Shown here: positions 27,975 through 36,644 of the stretch, piece by piece
Position numbering within the stretch: position 1 is the first letter of the stretch
Layout: the number at the start of each line of letters is the position of its first letter
Assembly: GCA_016935525.1 (NCBI GenBank)
Contig: JAFGQU010000002.1
Span: 98,560 to 162,559 of the forward strand
DNA: 64,000 bases
Reading direction: 5' to 3'
DNA from: Candidatus Omnitrophota bacterium
GTDB taxonomy: Bacteria > Omnitrophota > Gorgyraeia > Duberdicusellales > 4484-171
The notes under the pieces: generated by a model
Seen by the model: the letters and a program-made list of their open reading frames with translations, nothing else
Told to the model about the DNA's origin: nothing
Database searches by the model: none
Made by a program: the position numbers and the translations under genes

Positions 27975-28789
27975 GAGAATTTTTCCTCAAAAGCACATTC
28001 TTTTTGAACGGATTGTGAAGGATTTAGAAAAAGAAAAGATTGGACATTGTGCTTTATATCAAACAAATAGGCCTGACTCGGTTTTAATTGGAACATCGCA
28101 AACTCCCCGGGATGCCGTTCTAACCGCTGTTTTCTTAACACGGCACGCAGAGTAGTCGATTCCGATGCACACAGAAAAATATCTTTTTCACGGTTACTGC
28201 ACAGATAAAGAGAGCCGGTATTGGTGGCAAATACGGTTTCCTGCCGGTTCATCAAGAGAGCGGCGATTGAAGCCGACCCCTCAATATGACTAAATATCCA
28301 ACTCAATGATTCTTGGGGAGAAAAACCTTTTTGAGTGAGGTCATCGAGTAACGCAAATAATACTTCACTATCTACCTGGGATGTGCGTCCAACAGAAAAA
28401 TAATGTTCCCAAAGCGCATCCGCATTCACCACAATGCCGTTATGAACCCCTATGATTTCATGGGTTTTAATCGGATTGTTATTATCATTTTCCCTCTGGG
28501 GCCCATTCGTCGCAAGGCGGGTATGGCCTAACACGACGATCGGCACGTTATGCCTAAGGCATTGCGCCGCATCATCAAGAATTGTGTTATATATCCGGCA
28601 ACGGATGAAGTCCCTGGAACGAAACGGCTCTTTATAAATTCTTGTCTTTTTTTGATAATACAGTCCGATCCCTGAAGCTTCTTTTCCCCGCGATTCAGAA
28701 AGAAGAAAAAGTTGATTAACTGTATTCTTGAATCTATTCGGTGAGAATTTTGCGCTCGGGGCAGCAATAACACCAAAAATACCGCACAT
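27971..28789 (-). CDS. Class II (Ntn) glutamine amidotransferase subunit (start revised to MCGIFG at 28789)
   Basis: N-terminal MCGIFG nucleophile Cys, SRGKEASG, GHTRLATNG, HNGIVVN, DSEV and ASE. Confidence 0.85.
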   Translation of the reverse strand: MCGIFGVIAAPSAKFSPNRFKNTVNQLFLLSESRGKEASGIGLYYQKKTRIYKEPFRSRDFIRCRIYNTILDDAAQCLRHNVPIVVLGHTRLATNGPQRENDNNNPIKTHEIIGVHNGIVVNADALWEHYFSVGRTSQVDSEVLFALLDDLTQKGFSPQESLSWIFSHIEGSASIAALLMNRQETVFATNTGSLYLCSNREKDIFLCASESTTLRAVLRKQRLERHPGEFAMFQLKPSQAYLFDIKHNVQSFLFLNPSQSVQKECAFEEKFS

Positions 28790-28842
28790 AATTATATTCT
28801 TCGAAAAAACCTGCCGGAATTCCGGCACCAAGAAGACTGTTT

Positions 28843-28870
28843 ATTATACCATTGTGCCCTTTTTTTTCAA
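28843..28870 (-). promoter_or_regulatory. Sigma70 promoter for the amidotransferase-GT-U32 operon
   Basis: TTGAAA-16 nt-TATAAT with extended TGG. Confidence 0.5.
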
Positions 28871-28899
28871 GATAACCGCAATGAGCCTATTCAAAATCA

Positions 28900-28928
28900 T
28901 TGCGCCTTAAGATATTTTACCCTATAAT
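28900..28928 (+). promoter_or_regulatory. Sigma70 promoter for the deacetylase and carbamoyltransferase genes
   Basis: TTGCGC (28900-28905)-17 nt-TATAAT (28923-28928), 25 nt before ATG 28954. Confidence 0.55.
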
Positions 28929-28953
28929 AATTTTCCCTACTACCGATAGCACA

Positions 28954-29799
28954 ATGGACAATCTGTTACATGCGTTAAGCATTGACCTTGAAGAATGGTA
29001 CCATCCTGCGCTCGTAAAAGGCTCTATAAAAACCCCGAAAGAAAGTCAAATATGGGATTCTAGTAATGAGTTACTCACACTGCTCAACGACTATGATATA
29101 AAAGCCACTTTCTTTATTGTAGGGGAAATCGCTCAAGAACATCCTCAATTAATACACACAATTTTTCATGCCGGCCATGAGGTCGCTTTTCACGGATTTT
29201 CTCATACTCCTCTTTACAAACTCACCCCAGTTTCTTTTCAAGACGAACTGGTAAAAGCAAAAAACCTGTTTGGATCCATCTTGGGAAGTGCGGCAATAAA
29301 AGGGTTCCGGGCCCCTAATTTTTCGCTTACTCAAAAAACCGCGTGGGCTGTCGATATTTTAAAATCCTGCGGGTTTACATATGATTCAAGCGTGTTTCCG
29401 GTCACATTTCCTTATTTCTACGAGTGCGCCGGCGCGCCGCTTTCGGCATATGGAATAAACGCCTCCGATATTACTATTGCCGATGCGACCAGCACATTAA
29501 AAGAATTCCCGGTAACCGTATCTCAATTCGGAAGAATACGCCTCCCTATTACCGGCGGGACTTATTTACGAATATATCCGTTTTGGCTGCAGAAAAGGAT
29601 ATTGACGCACATCAGCCGACACCGTCCTTTACTGCTCTACATTCACCCCTGGGAATGTTTTGAACACACCCCCAGGATCAGGATTAATCCGATCGGACGG
29701 TTTTTATCTTATCATAATATACATTCGACCGTTGCCCGGTTAAAAATTCTTTTTCGGGCTTTCCGTTTCACGCGTATCGATACTGTGTTAGGAGTGTAA
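28954..29799 (+). CDS. Polysaccharide deacetylase (CE4, DUF3473/PEP-CTERM-locus type); start revised to 28954
   Basis: LSIDLEEWYH, KATFFIVG, GHEVAFHGFSH, GFRAPNFS, YDSSVFP, GGTYLR and YIHPWE. Confidence 0.9.
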   Translation: MDNLLHALSIDLEEWYHPALVKGSIKTPKESQIWDSSNELLTLLNDYDIKATFFIVGEIAQEHPQLIHTIFHAGHEVAFHGFSHTPLYKLTPVSFQDELVKAKNLFGSILGSAAIKGFRAPNFSLTQKTAWAVDILKSCGFTYDSSVFPVTFPYFYECAGAPLSAYGINASDITIADATSTLKEFPVTVSQFGRIRLPITGGTYLRIYPFWLQKRILTHISRHRPLLLYIHPWECFEHTPRIRINPIGRFLSYHNIHSTVARLKILFRAFRFTRIDTVLGV

Positions 29800-29801
29800 A
29801 A

Positions 29802-31526
29802 ATGAATATCCTTGGGATCAATGGGTTAGGGATTGCTCCTGCTGCCTGCCTGGTTCAAGACGGAAGATTAACCGCAATGGCTGAAGAAGAACGGTTTACT
29901 CGAATAAAAGGCTCTTTCGGAATAATGCCCGCACACGCAGCCGGGTTTTGTCTTGATTTCGCACACATACGCACTCTAGACGAAATTGATTATATTGCCT
30001 TTCCTTGGGATACGCATAAATATCTTTTTTTTATGCCATATTTTTTCCTACGCACCTACCTTTTATATGCAAAAAAAACCGGCAGCGGATCGTTGATCCC
30101 TGCAATAAAAGAATTATATAAGTATCAAAGGGGCAACGTAATACGGTGCATTGAGGTAATGCTGCGGACTGCAGGGTTTTCAGGGAAAATCCCTCCAGTT
30201 ATTTTTATTCCTCATCATCTTGCCCATGCTGCCTGTGCATTTTACACTTCGGGTTTTGAAGAAGCCGACATTCTTATCATAGACGGAAGTGGCGAAGAAA
30301 AATGCACCTCGGTATTTTTGGGAAAAAACTTCGCATTACACCAGGCACATTCTTTCTCTATCCCCCATTCTCTGGGATGGTTTTACCAGAGCCTTACTGA
30401 ATTTTTAGGGTTCACTCCGAATCAAGGAGAAGGGAAACTGATGGGGCTGGCCGGATACGGGAATTATGATCCCTCTATCCATTCGTTACTGAAAAAGATG
30501 ATTTCTTTTGATGCTGACGGAAACTACCGTTACGACGCTACCTATAGTTTTTTAGGCAGCCACTCTCAAGGCACTGTCTATAGCGACCGGATGGTTTCCC
30601 TGCTGGGTCCTGCGCGTATTGAGCCGGATACCTTTACTCAGAAATATAAAAATATCGCGTTTTCAGCTCAATATATATTGGAAGAGATTACCGGTCGACT
30701 TGTACGTATTCTTTCTTCTCGAGGTGGATTTTCCGGAAAATTATGTCTGGCCGGAGGGGTAACATTAAACTGTAAAATGAACGGGGAAATAGCGACACAA
30801 GAATATATTGATGACTTATTTGTCCCTCCCGTACCGCATGATGCCGGAGCTGCTCTCGGTGCGGCATTATATGCGGCGAAAGAAAAAGGAGATCGGCCGG
30901 ACACCGTTTTTGAACATCCCTATTATGGCCCTGAATTTTCCGATCATCAGATTTATTCGGCATTAAAAGAGCATTCTTTAACATTTCAGCACGAACCGGA
31001 TATTGCCGGAAAAGTCGCGCATCTGCTTTTTCAGGAAAAAATTGTAGCCTGGTTCCAGGGGAGAATGGAAATCGGGCCGCGCGCGCTGGGCGCCCGTTCA
31101 ATAGTAGCGAATCCGGCAAAGGTTTCGACAAGAGACCTGGTGAACGCGATCAAAAAACGTGAACCTTGGCGGCCGCTGGCGCCTTCTCTTCTGGATCGGG
31201 AAAAAGATGCGTATCTCGTAACCAGCCGACAATCCCCGTTTATGGCAATTGCGTGTGAGATGTCCGCGCAGGGTAAAATCAAAACTCCCGCAGTAGTCCA
31301 TGTCGACGGGACAACTCGTCCTCACCTTGTCAGTGAAAAGAACAATCCCCGTTATTGGAAGCTGATCTCGGAATTTGAAAAACTGTCCGGGATACCGCTT
31401 ATTCTCAACACATCATTCAATATCGGGAAAGAACCTATCGTCTGCACTCCCACCGATGCGATCCGGACATTTATCCGTTCCGACTTACACTATCTTGCGA
31501 TAGGCGATTATCTTGTTCGGAAATAA
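29802..31526 (+). CDS. Carbamoyltransferase, CmcH/NodU/TobZ family
   Basis: EEERFTR, HHLAHA, DGSGE, KLMGLA.YG, GGV.LNC, FQGRME.GPRALG.RS, KKRE.WRP.APS, HVDGT and LNTSFN. Confidence 0.92.
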   Translation: MNILGINGLGIAPAACLVQDGRLTAMAEEERFTRIKGSFGIMPAHAAGFCLDFAHIRTLDEIDYIAFPWDTHKYLFFMPYFFLRTYLLYAKKTGSGSLIPAIKELYKYQRGNVIRCIEVMLRTAGFSGKIPPVIFIPHHLAHAACAFYTSGFEEADILIIDGSGEEKCTSVFLGKNFALHQAHSFSIPHSLGWFYQSLTEFLGFTPNQGEGKLMGLAGYGNYDPSIHSLLKKMISFDADGNYRYDATYSFLGSHSQGTVYSDRMVSLLGPARIEPDTFTQKYKNIAFSAQYILEEITGRLVRILSSRGGFSGKLCLAGGVTLNCKMNGEIATQEYIDDLFVPPVPHDAGAALGAALYAAKEKGDRPDTVFEHPYYGPEFSDHQIYSALKEHSLTFQHEPDIAGKVAHLLFQEKIVAWFQGRMEIGPRALGARSIVANPAKVSTRDLVNAIKKREPWRPLAPSLLDREKDAYLVTSRQSPFMAIACEMSAQGKIKTPAVVHVDGTTRPHLVSEKNNPRYWKLISEFEKLSGIPLILNTSFNIGKEPIVCTPTDAIRTFIRSDLHYLAIGDYLVRK

Positions 31527-31598
31527 CCAGCCGGGAACCTCCGCCGCTTAAGCTTATTCCCGCAGGACGGGTCGAAAAGACAGGGCTAAAAAACTACA

Positions 31599-32411
31599 TT
31601 ATTTGTTCGGCAGATTTATATTGAGCTCGTGATCTTTCATGCCAGGAAACTCAAAAGAATTGTCGGGAAGAAAATGGCGGATTCGATACATACTTTTTCC
31701 GAATACCCGTTTCAAGCGGATTTTCAAAGAGACCAACAGTGAACACATACTATTCAGAAACAAGTCGAAAAAGATCGGGCCGCGGCGGCGATAACGCGCC
31801 ACTTTCACATCATAAGAATTATCTATGCGATAACCGAGTAATCCGGCGATAACGCCGATCTCGTTCGCACAGGAATAACGGAATCCGATATAATAATCTA
31901 TCAGATCTTCAAGAAAACTCATGCTCAATATCTTAAATCCACATTCAACATCCTGAAAGCGATAGCCTCCTATCAATGACGCAAAAAGAGAAAGGATTTT
32001 ATTGCCTATCACGCGATGATAAGGATAACATGTAAAGTCGCGGCGGCCGATAAGGACGTCCAGATTATTTCTTTTAAAAAACTCGTGCATCGGGGGGATA
32101 TCCTGAGGGTCATGCTGACCATCGGCATCGATTGTGACTACTGCATCAGAGAGAGAAAATACCTGCCTCTCTACTTGCCGCAGAAAGAACTTAAAACCAG
32201 AAAGCAATGCGGTCGACATCCCTTTATTTACGGGAAGAAACAAGTAAAAAACGTTCGGTTTATCTGCCCGCCAGCGAGTGATCAAAGAATGAGAAGAATC
32301 ACTGGAACCGTCATTCACCACGATTAAAGCATCGACATATTGGATTAATCGTTCAAGCACGTGAATGATATCTATTTCCTCATTATATACCGGGACAAGA
32401 GCGACGATCAT
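31599..32411 (-). CDS. GT2 glycosyltransferase, DPM1/ArnC-like (polyprenol-phosphate sugar synthase)
   Basis: VPVYNEE, VVNDGSSD, NKG, TIDADGQHDP and DVECGFK. Confidence 0.85.
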   Translation of the reverse strand: MIVALVPVYNEEIDIIHVLERLIQYVDALIVVNDGSSDSSHSLITRWRADKPNVFYLFLPVNKGMSTALLSGFKFFLRQVERQVFSLSDAVVTIDADGQHDPQDIPPMHEFFKRNNLDVLIGRRDFTCYPYHRVIGNKILSLFASLIGGYRFQDVECGFKILSMSFLEDLIDYYIGFRYSCANEIGVIAGLLGYRIDNSYDVKVARYRRRGPIFFDLFLNSMCSLLVSLKIRLKRVFGKSMYRIRHFLPDNSFEFPGMKDHELNINLPNK

Positions 32412-32435
32412 ATTGGCACAGGCAATTTCATATAT

Positions 32436-33875
32436 TTAATGATAGAGATAGTTAAACAGAGCCCAGCCCATTTCAATCTTTCTCATAAAATTTCTTAACA
32501 ATCCTGGCTGCCCCATGTGTTTAAATATATTCCTCACAATAAAATCGGGACGCATATAAAAACGCCGGTACGCGTATTTGAACATCTCTTCGATTTCTTT
32601 TTCCGATATATGCTTATCCCAGAGATGGGGCGAGAAATTCGGACGCGGACAAAGAGCGAATTCTTTCCAAAAATCTTTTTCATAAATTTTTTCCTTTAAT
32701 CCAAGTTCATATAATTCGGTCCCGGGAAAAGGGGTAGTAATCGAAAAATGCGCATAATCCGGGTCCAATCTGATCGCAAGATCTATAGTGCTCAAAATAT
32801 CTGCTCTCTGTTCTTCGGGAGAGCCGATCATAAAATACGCGACGGTTTCCAGACCGGCACGTTTTACTTTTTCAAAAGCGCGCTCAACCTGAGTAAGACT
32901 AAACCTTTTCTTCAGCACCTCAAGCGTCCTTTCCGTTCCCGCTTCAACACCAAGCTGGATCCTCTTGCACCCTGCCTGTTTTAACCTTTTTAATACATCA
33001 AAACTCTTGACGGTATCGACGCGGGTACGGATCCCCCACCGTAGGTTCAATCCCTGAGCAATGATCCTATTACAAATGTCCTCCGCCCGGGATTGATCTA
33101 ATAAAAATACTTCATCGACAAAAAATATCTCTTTTATTCCCAACCGGGAACACTGTTTCATCTCTTCTACGATATGGTCGCTCCTGCGAAACCGCACCTT
33201 TCTATTAGAAGGGGGATTATAGCAAAACATGCACTGATAAGGACAGCCCAGGCTTGAGATCATTGTCGTCGAGGGAGAGTCTTCGGAAAGGACATTATAA
33301 TATTCGGATATGGGAAGTAGCGTCCGGTCGGGAAAAGGTAATGAGTCTAAATCATACCCCTCATCGGGAGGCTGGGTCTTGATTATTGTGCCGTTTTCCT
33401 TATATAACAATCCCCGTACCGGATACAGATCGGCTTTTTTCTCCAAAAGAGAAACCAACTGGGTAAAAGGGATCTCGCCGTGTCCCAGGATAATCGAATC
33501 AATCGCCGGACTGGAAAGTGTTTCTTCAGGATAAATGTTCACATGAGGGCCGCCTAAACTTATATGCGCAGAAGGAGCATACCGCTTTATCGACTCGGCA
33601 ATACAATACACATCAAAAAGCGTAAATGATGTGGTGTACATCCCCACCACATCCGGCTTGAATTGATGGATAACACTTTCTATTTTTAAGGATCGAGCAC
33701 TCCTCAACTGTAAATCGATTACTTTCACCTGATGCTGAGTAGAATGCTTAAGATAAGTCGCTACATAAAGCAGCCCCAGAGGAGGAGAAGCCATCGCTGC
33801 CTCATCAATAATGGTAGGAAAATTTGATTTCGCTATATACGTGTTCGCTGGGTTAATCAACAAAACGTTCATCAC
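32436..33875 (-). CDS. Cobalamin-dependent radical SAM enzyme
   Basis: PPLGLLYVAT, GGPH, GCPYQCMFC, LGVEAG and TPFPGT; close paralog of 17294-18718. Confidence 0.92.
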   Translation of the reverse strand: MMNVLLINPANTYIAKSNFPTIIDEAAMASPPLGLLYVATYLKHSTQHQVKVIDLQLRSARSLKIESVIHQFKPDVVGMYTTSFTLFDVYCIAESIKRYAPSAHISLGGPHVNIYPEETLSSPAIDSIILGHGEIPFTQLVSLLEKKADLYPVRGLLYKENGTIIKTQPPDEGYDLDSLPFPDRTLLPISEYYNVLSEDSPSTTMISSLGCPYQCMFCYNPPSNRKVRFRRSDHIVEEMKQCSRLGIKEIFFVDEVFLLDQSRAEDICNRIIAQGLNLRWGIRTRVDTVKSFDVLKRLKQAGCKRIQLGVEAGTERTLEVLKKRFSLTQVERAFEKVKRAGLETVAYFMIGSPEEQRADILSTIDLAIRLDPDYAHFSITTPFPGTELYELGLKEKIYEKDFWKEFALCPRPNFSPHLWDKHISEKEIEEMFKYAYRRFYMRPDFIVRNIFKHMGQPGLLRNFMRKIEMGWALFNYLYH

Positions 33876-33894
33876 GATATATTTCTTTTAGCCC

Positions 33895-35460
33895 CTAGGT
33901 ATCGTACCAGTCCGGTTTCCTAAGACGCATAAATCCGGTAAGCCCTTCGAAATCTTTCTTTCTCAACATCACATCTTTTAATTCTAAAAAGAGCATCCGT
34001 ATCGTATTTGTAAAAAACCACCAGTAAAGTCCCCGTTTATGCCGGTAGGGCGAGAAAAGTCCTCGGATGAGCCAGTGCGGACGGTACAGCACATAACGTT
34101 TATTCAACTCCATATTCAATTTTGCCAGCTCTTTTCGGGAAAAACCTTGTTCGGAACGCAGTATCGGGGTAGACCAGTCATAATGGGTAAAATCGGGGTC
34201 ATCGATAAGACCGTCTTCTTTTGCCTGTTGATAGAGGTAAGTCCCAGGAACCGGAGCAACGGGATGGAAGGCGGGATAATCGATATCGATTTCAACCGCA
34301 TACTTGACCAGATCGAACATGGAACATTCGGTTTCGAAAGGGAGACAGGTGACAAAAGTCCCCTGACGGAACACCTGGGGATATTTTCTCTTAAAAAGAG
34401 TAAATACTTCTTTCACCATATCCCGGGTATATTCGGATTTATTCACCAGCCGTAGATGTTCGGTACAACCCCGTTCAATTCCGATCAGAGGGTGGACCAG
34501 CCCGGCCCGGACCATTTTCTTTAAAACGCCCATCCGCTCATCCCGCAAGGCGAAATCGGCCCGGATAAACGCCCACCATTTAAGGTCTTTATAATTCCGT
34601 TTTAAAAGCCCTTCGCAAAAAGCGTCAGTCCAACGCGGATCGACATTAAACGTAGGATCAGCCCAAATAATATATTTACGGTTATATTTTTTATAGACAA
34701 TGTCTATTTCTTCTAATGTCCGTTCAACACTTTTTGAACGATAATGCGGCATCACTTCCAGTTCGCCTTTTTCTATCTCAGTCTTTTCCTGTCTGCCCCA
34801 GAACGTCCATAACGAACAGAAAGTACATTTGTCGATACAGCCGCGGGAATGTTCCAATGTCGCACTTACTGGCCAGAGATACCCGAAAGGGGAGTATTTC
34901 CCCATAGGCATCAGATCATACGCGGGAAGAGGCAGATCATCGAGATTTTTGACTAACGGGCGTAGAGCCGTAGTGACAGGCTTTCCGTTCCGTTTATACG
35001 CGATCCCCGGGACCGCGTCCAGGCTTTTCCCTTCGCGTAACGTCTGGATGAGATCGACGACGGTACGTTCTCCTTCAAACCGCACGATAACATCGATAGG
35101 GAATTTAGTTAATGAATAGTCGACCATCCAGGAAAAGAAATGCCCGCCGGCGAACGTGACGGTATCGGGATTGATCTCTTTTACCAGCTTGTATAATCGA
35201 ACCGCTTCATGATGATATAACGCCTCTTCTCCCGCACCGACGATGTCCGGACGTTCGCGGCGGACGATATCGGCAAGGGCCTTCCAGCCGATCTTAAGCG
35301 GCGGACAGTCGATTATTTTCAACTCGATATCCGGAAAACTTTCCCGGATAGCGGCAGCAATACAGGGAAGCCCTAAAGGAAGAAGGAAATTGTCGGACTC
35401 GTTTATAAACGGCCAGAGATATCGCGGCGGCCTTATTAAAAGGATCTTCTTTGTCTTCAT
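33895..35460 (-). CDS. Cobalamin-dependent radical SAM enzyme, BchE-like subgroup
   Basis: LPLGLPCIAA, GGHF, FEGE, SRGCIDKCTFCSLWTFWG (cf. BchE RGCPFTCSFCSQWKFW) and RAD..LRD. Confidence 0.85.
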   Translation of the reverse strand: MKTKKILLIRPPRYLWPFINESDNFLLPLGLPCIAAAIRESFPDIELKIIDCPPLKIGWKALADIVRRERPDIVGAGEEALYHHEAVRLYKLVKEINPDTVTFAGGHFFSWMVDYSLTKFPIDVIVRFEGERTVVDLIQTLREGKSLDAVPGIAYKRNGKPVTTALRPLVKNLDDLPLPAYDLMPMGKYSPFGYLWPVSATLEHSRGCIDKCTFCSLWTFWGRQEKTEIEKGELEVMPHYRSKSVERTLEEIDIVYKKYNRKYIIWADPTFNVDPRWTDAFCEGLLKRNYKDLKWWAFIRADFALRDERMGVLKKMVRAGLVHPLIGIERGCTEHLRLVNKSEYTRDMVKEVFTLFKRKYPQVFRQGTFVTCLPFETECSMFDLVKYAVEIDIDYPAFHPVAPVPGTYLYQQAKEDGLIDDPDFTHYDWSTPILRSEQGFSRKELAKLNMELNKRYVLYRPHWLIRGLFSPYRHKRGLYWWFFTNTIRMLFLELKDVMLRKKDFEGLTGFMRLRKPDWYDT

Positions 35461-36644
35461 AGGAATATCTTACGCAATTTTAAATAAAACCGGTAAAGTA
35501 TTTTCAATACGGTAAACTGCAATTTGACAAAAACGAACCGACGAAAATCCTTGTCCACAAAATATCTGCCTTCTTCCGGTAACAACACCAGACTCACTTT
35601 AATCCTCGGAGCAATACCGATGGGGATCTTATTCTCCATACACACTTCATACATCCGTCGGAATACGGGGATCAATTCGTCAGGTTGCGGTGGATCAAGA
35701 TGGGCAAAATCAGTACCTAGGCAAGGACGGAACACGCATACCGTAGATACGACGCCTCTCTTTGCGAAATATTCAATAGCCGCGATCGTACTTGAAACCG
35801 GTTCTAATCCGGCAATGATTTCGCCGGCAACCCTCCCTTTACCGAACATCTTTGAACAATATTCGATCGTATCCAGATATGTTTCCTGCGTGAGATACCG
35901 ATGTTTACCCGGACAGATCTCCTTAAATTTTTCTTTATCGAATACCTCTACGCAGAACGAAAGATGGTCCACTCCGAGCTTTTTAAGATTTTTATAATAT
36001 TCCCGTTCGGCGACCGGCGGGCATTGTACTCCCACCATAAGCTTTCTTTTTTTGACGGCTTTAATATACGGGCCCAATATCTTCAACTCGTCACCCCAAA
36101 GAAATCCCGTATTAAAATGGACAAAAGTGATATGTTCTTCCTGTTGAGCCGCAGTCACGGTTTCCATCACGTCTTCGACCGTTTTTTCAGTTTCCTCGGT
36201 ACTGCCGACATTGAGGCCTATTGAACAGAACCGGCAGTTCATCCGGGGATCCATTTGCCAGAACTCACATATGTTCGTGGGGTATATCCCCAAATAGGTA
36301 CCTTGCATCATTCCTATGCGCGACATTGGCTTACCGGCTTTTGTCTTCTGAGCATAAAACCGGGGACGGGGAGGGATTTTTACCGTACAAAGCTTTACGT
36401 TTTCTTTCTCGATAAAATAAGTATCCTTTTTTTTGTAAAGCACATACGGACTCTTAGCAACAAAATGTTCCTCTATCGGCACGTTTGCATAGAGGCCGTC
36501 CGGAAGTATTATTTCCAACCCGCTGCCTAATCCACCCCGCGTCCGGGAAACCGAACGGGCATCATCGTTTAATCTACAGCTGGCATCGATTCTTATCCCT
36601 CTGCAGAAAAGGTCTAGTTTGAGGAACCCCGGATTGAGCTTCAT
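35457..36644 (-). CDS. Radical SAM protein with atypical CX10CX2C motif (MSMEG_0568-like)
   Basis: RTRGGLGSG, CEFWQMDPRMNCRFCSIG, ICPGK, IIAGLE and FRP..GT. Confidence 0.75.
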   Translation of the reverse strand: MKLNPGFLKLDLFCRGIRIDASCRLNDDARSVSRTRGGLGSGLEIILPDGLYANVPIEEHFVAKSPYVLYKKKDTYFIEKENVKLCTVKIPPRPRFYAQKTKAGKPMSRIGMMQGTYLGIYPTNICEFWQMDPRMNCRFCSIGLNVGSTEETEKTVEDVMETVTAAQQEEHITFVHFNTGFLWGDELKILGPYIKAVKKRKLMVGVQCPPVAEREYYKNLKKLGVDHLSFCVEVFDKEKFKEICPGKHRYLTQETYLDTIEYCSKMFGKGRVAGEIIAGLEPVSSTIAAIEYFAKRGVVSTVCVFRPCLGTDFAHLDPPQPDELIPVFRRMYEVCMENKIPIGIAPRIKVSLVLLPEEGRYFVDKDFRRFVFVKLQFTVLKILYRFYLKLRKIFL

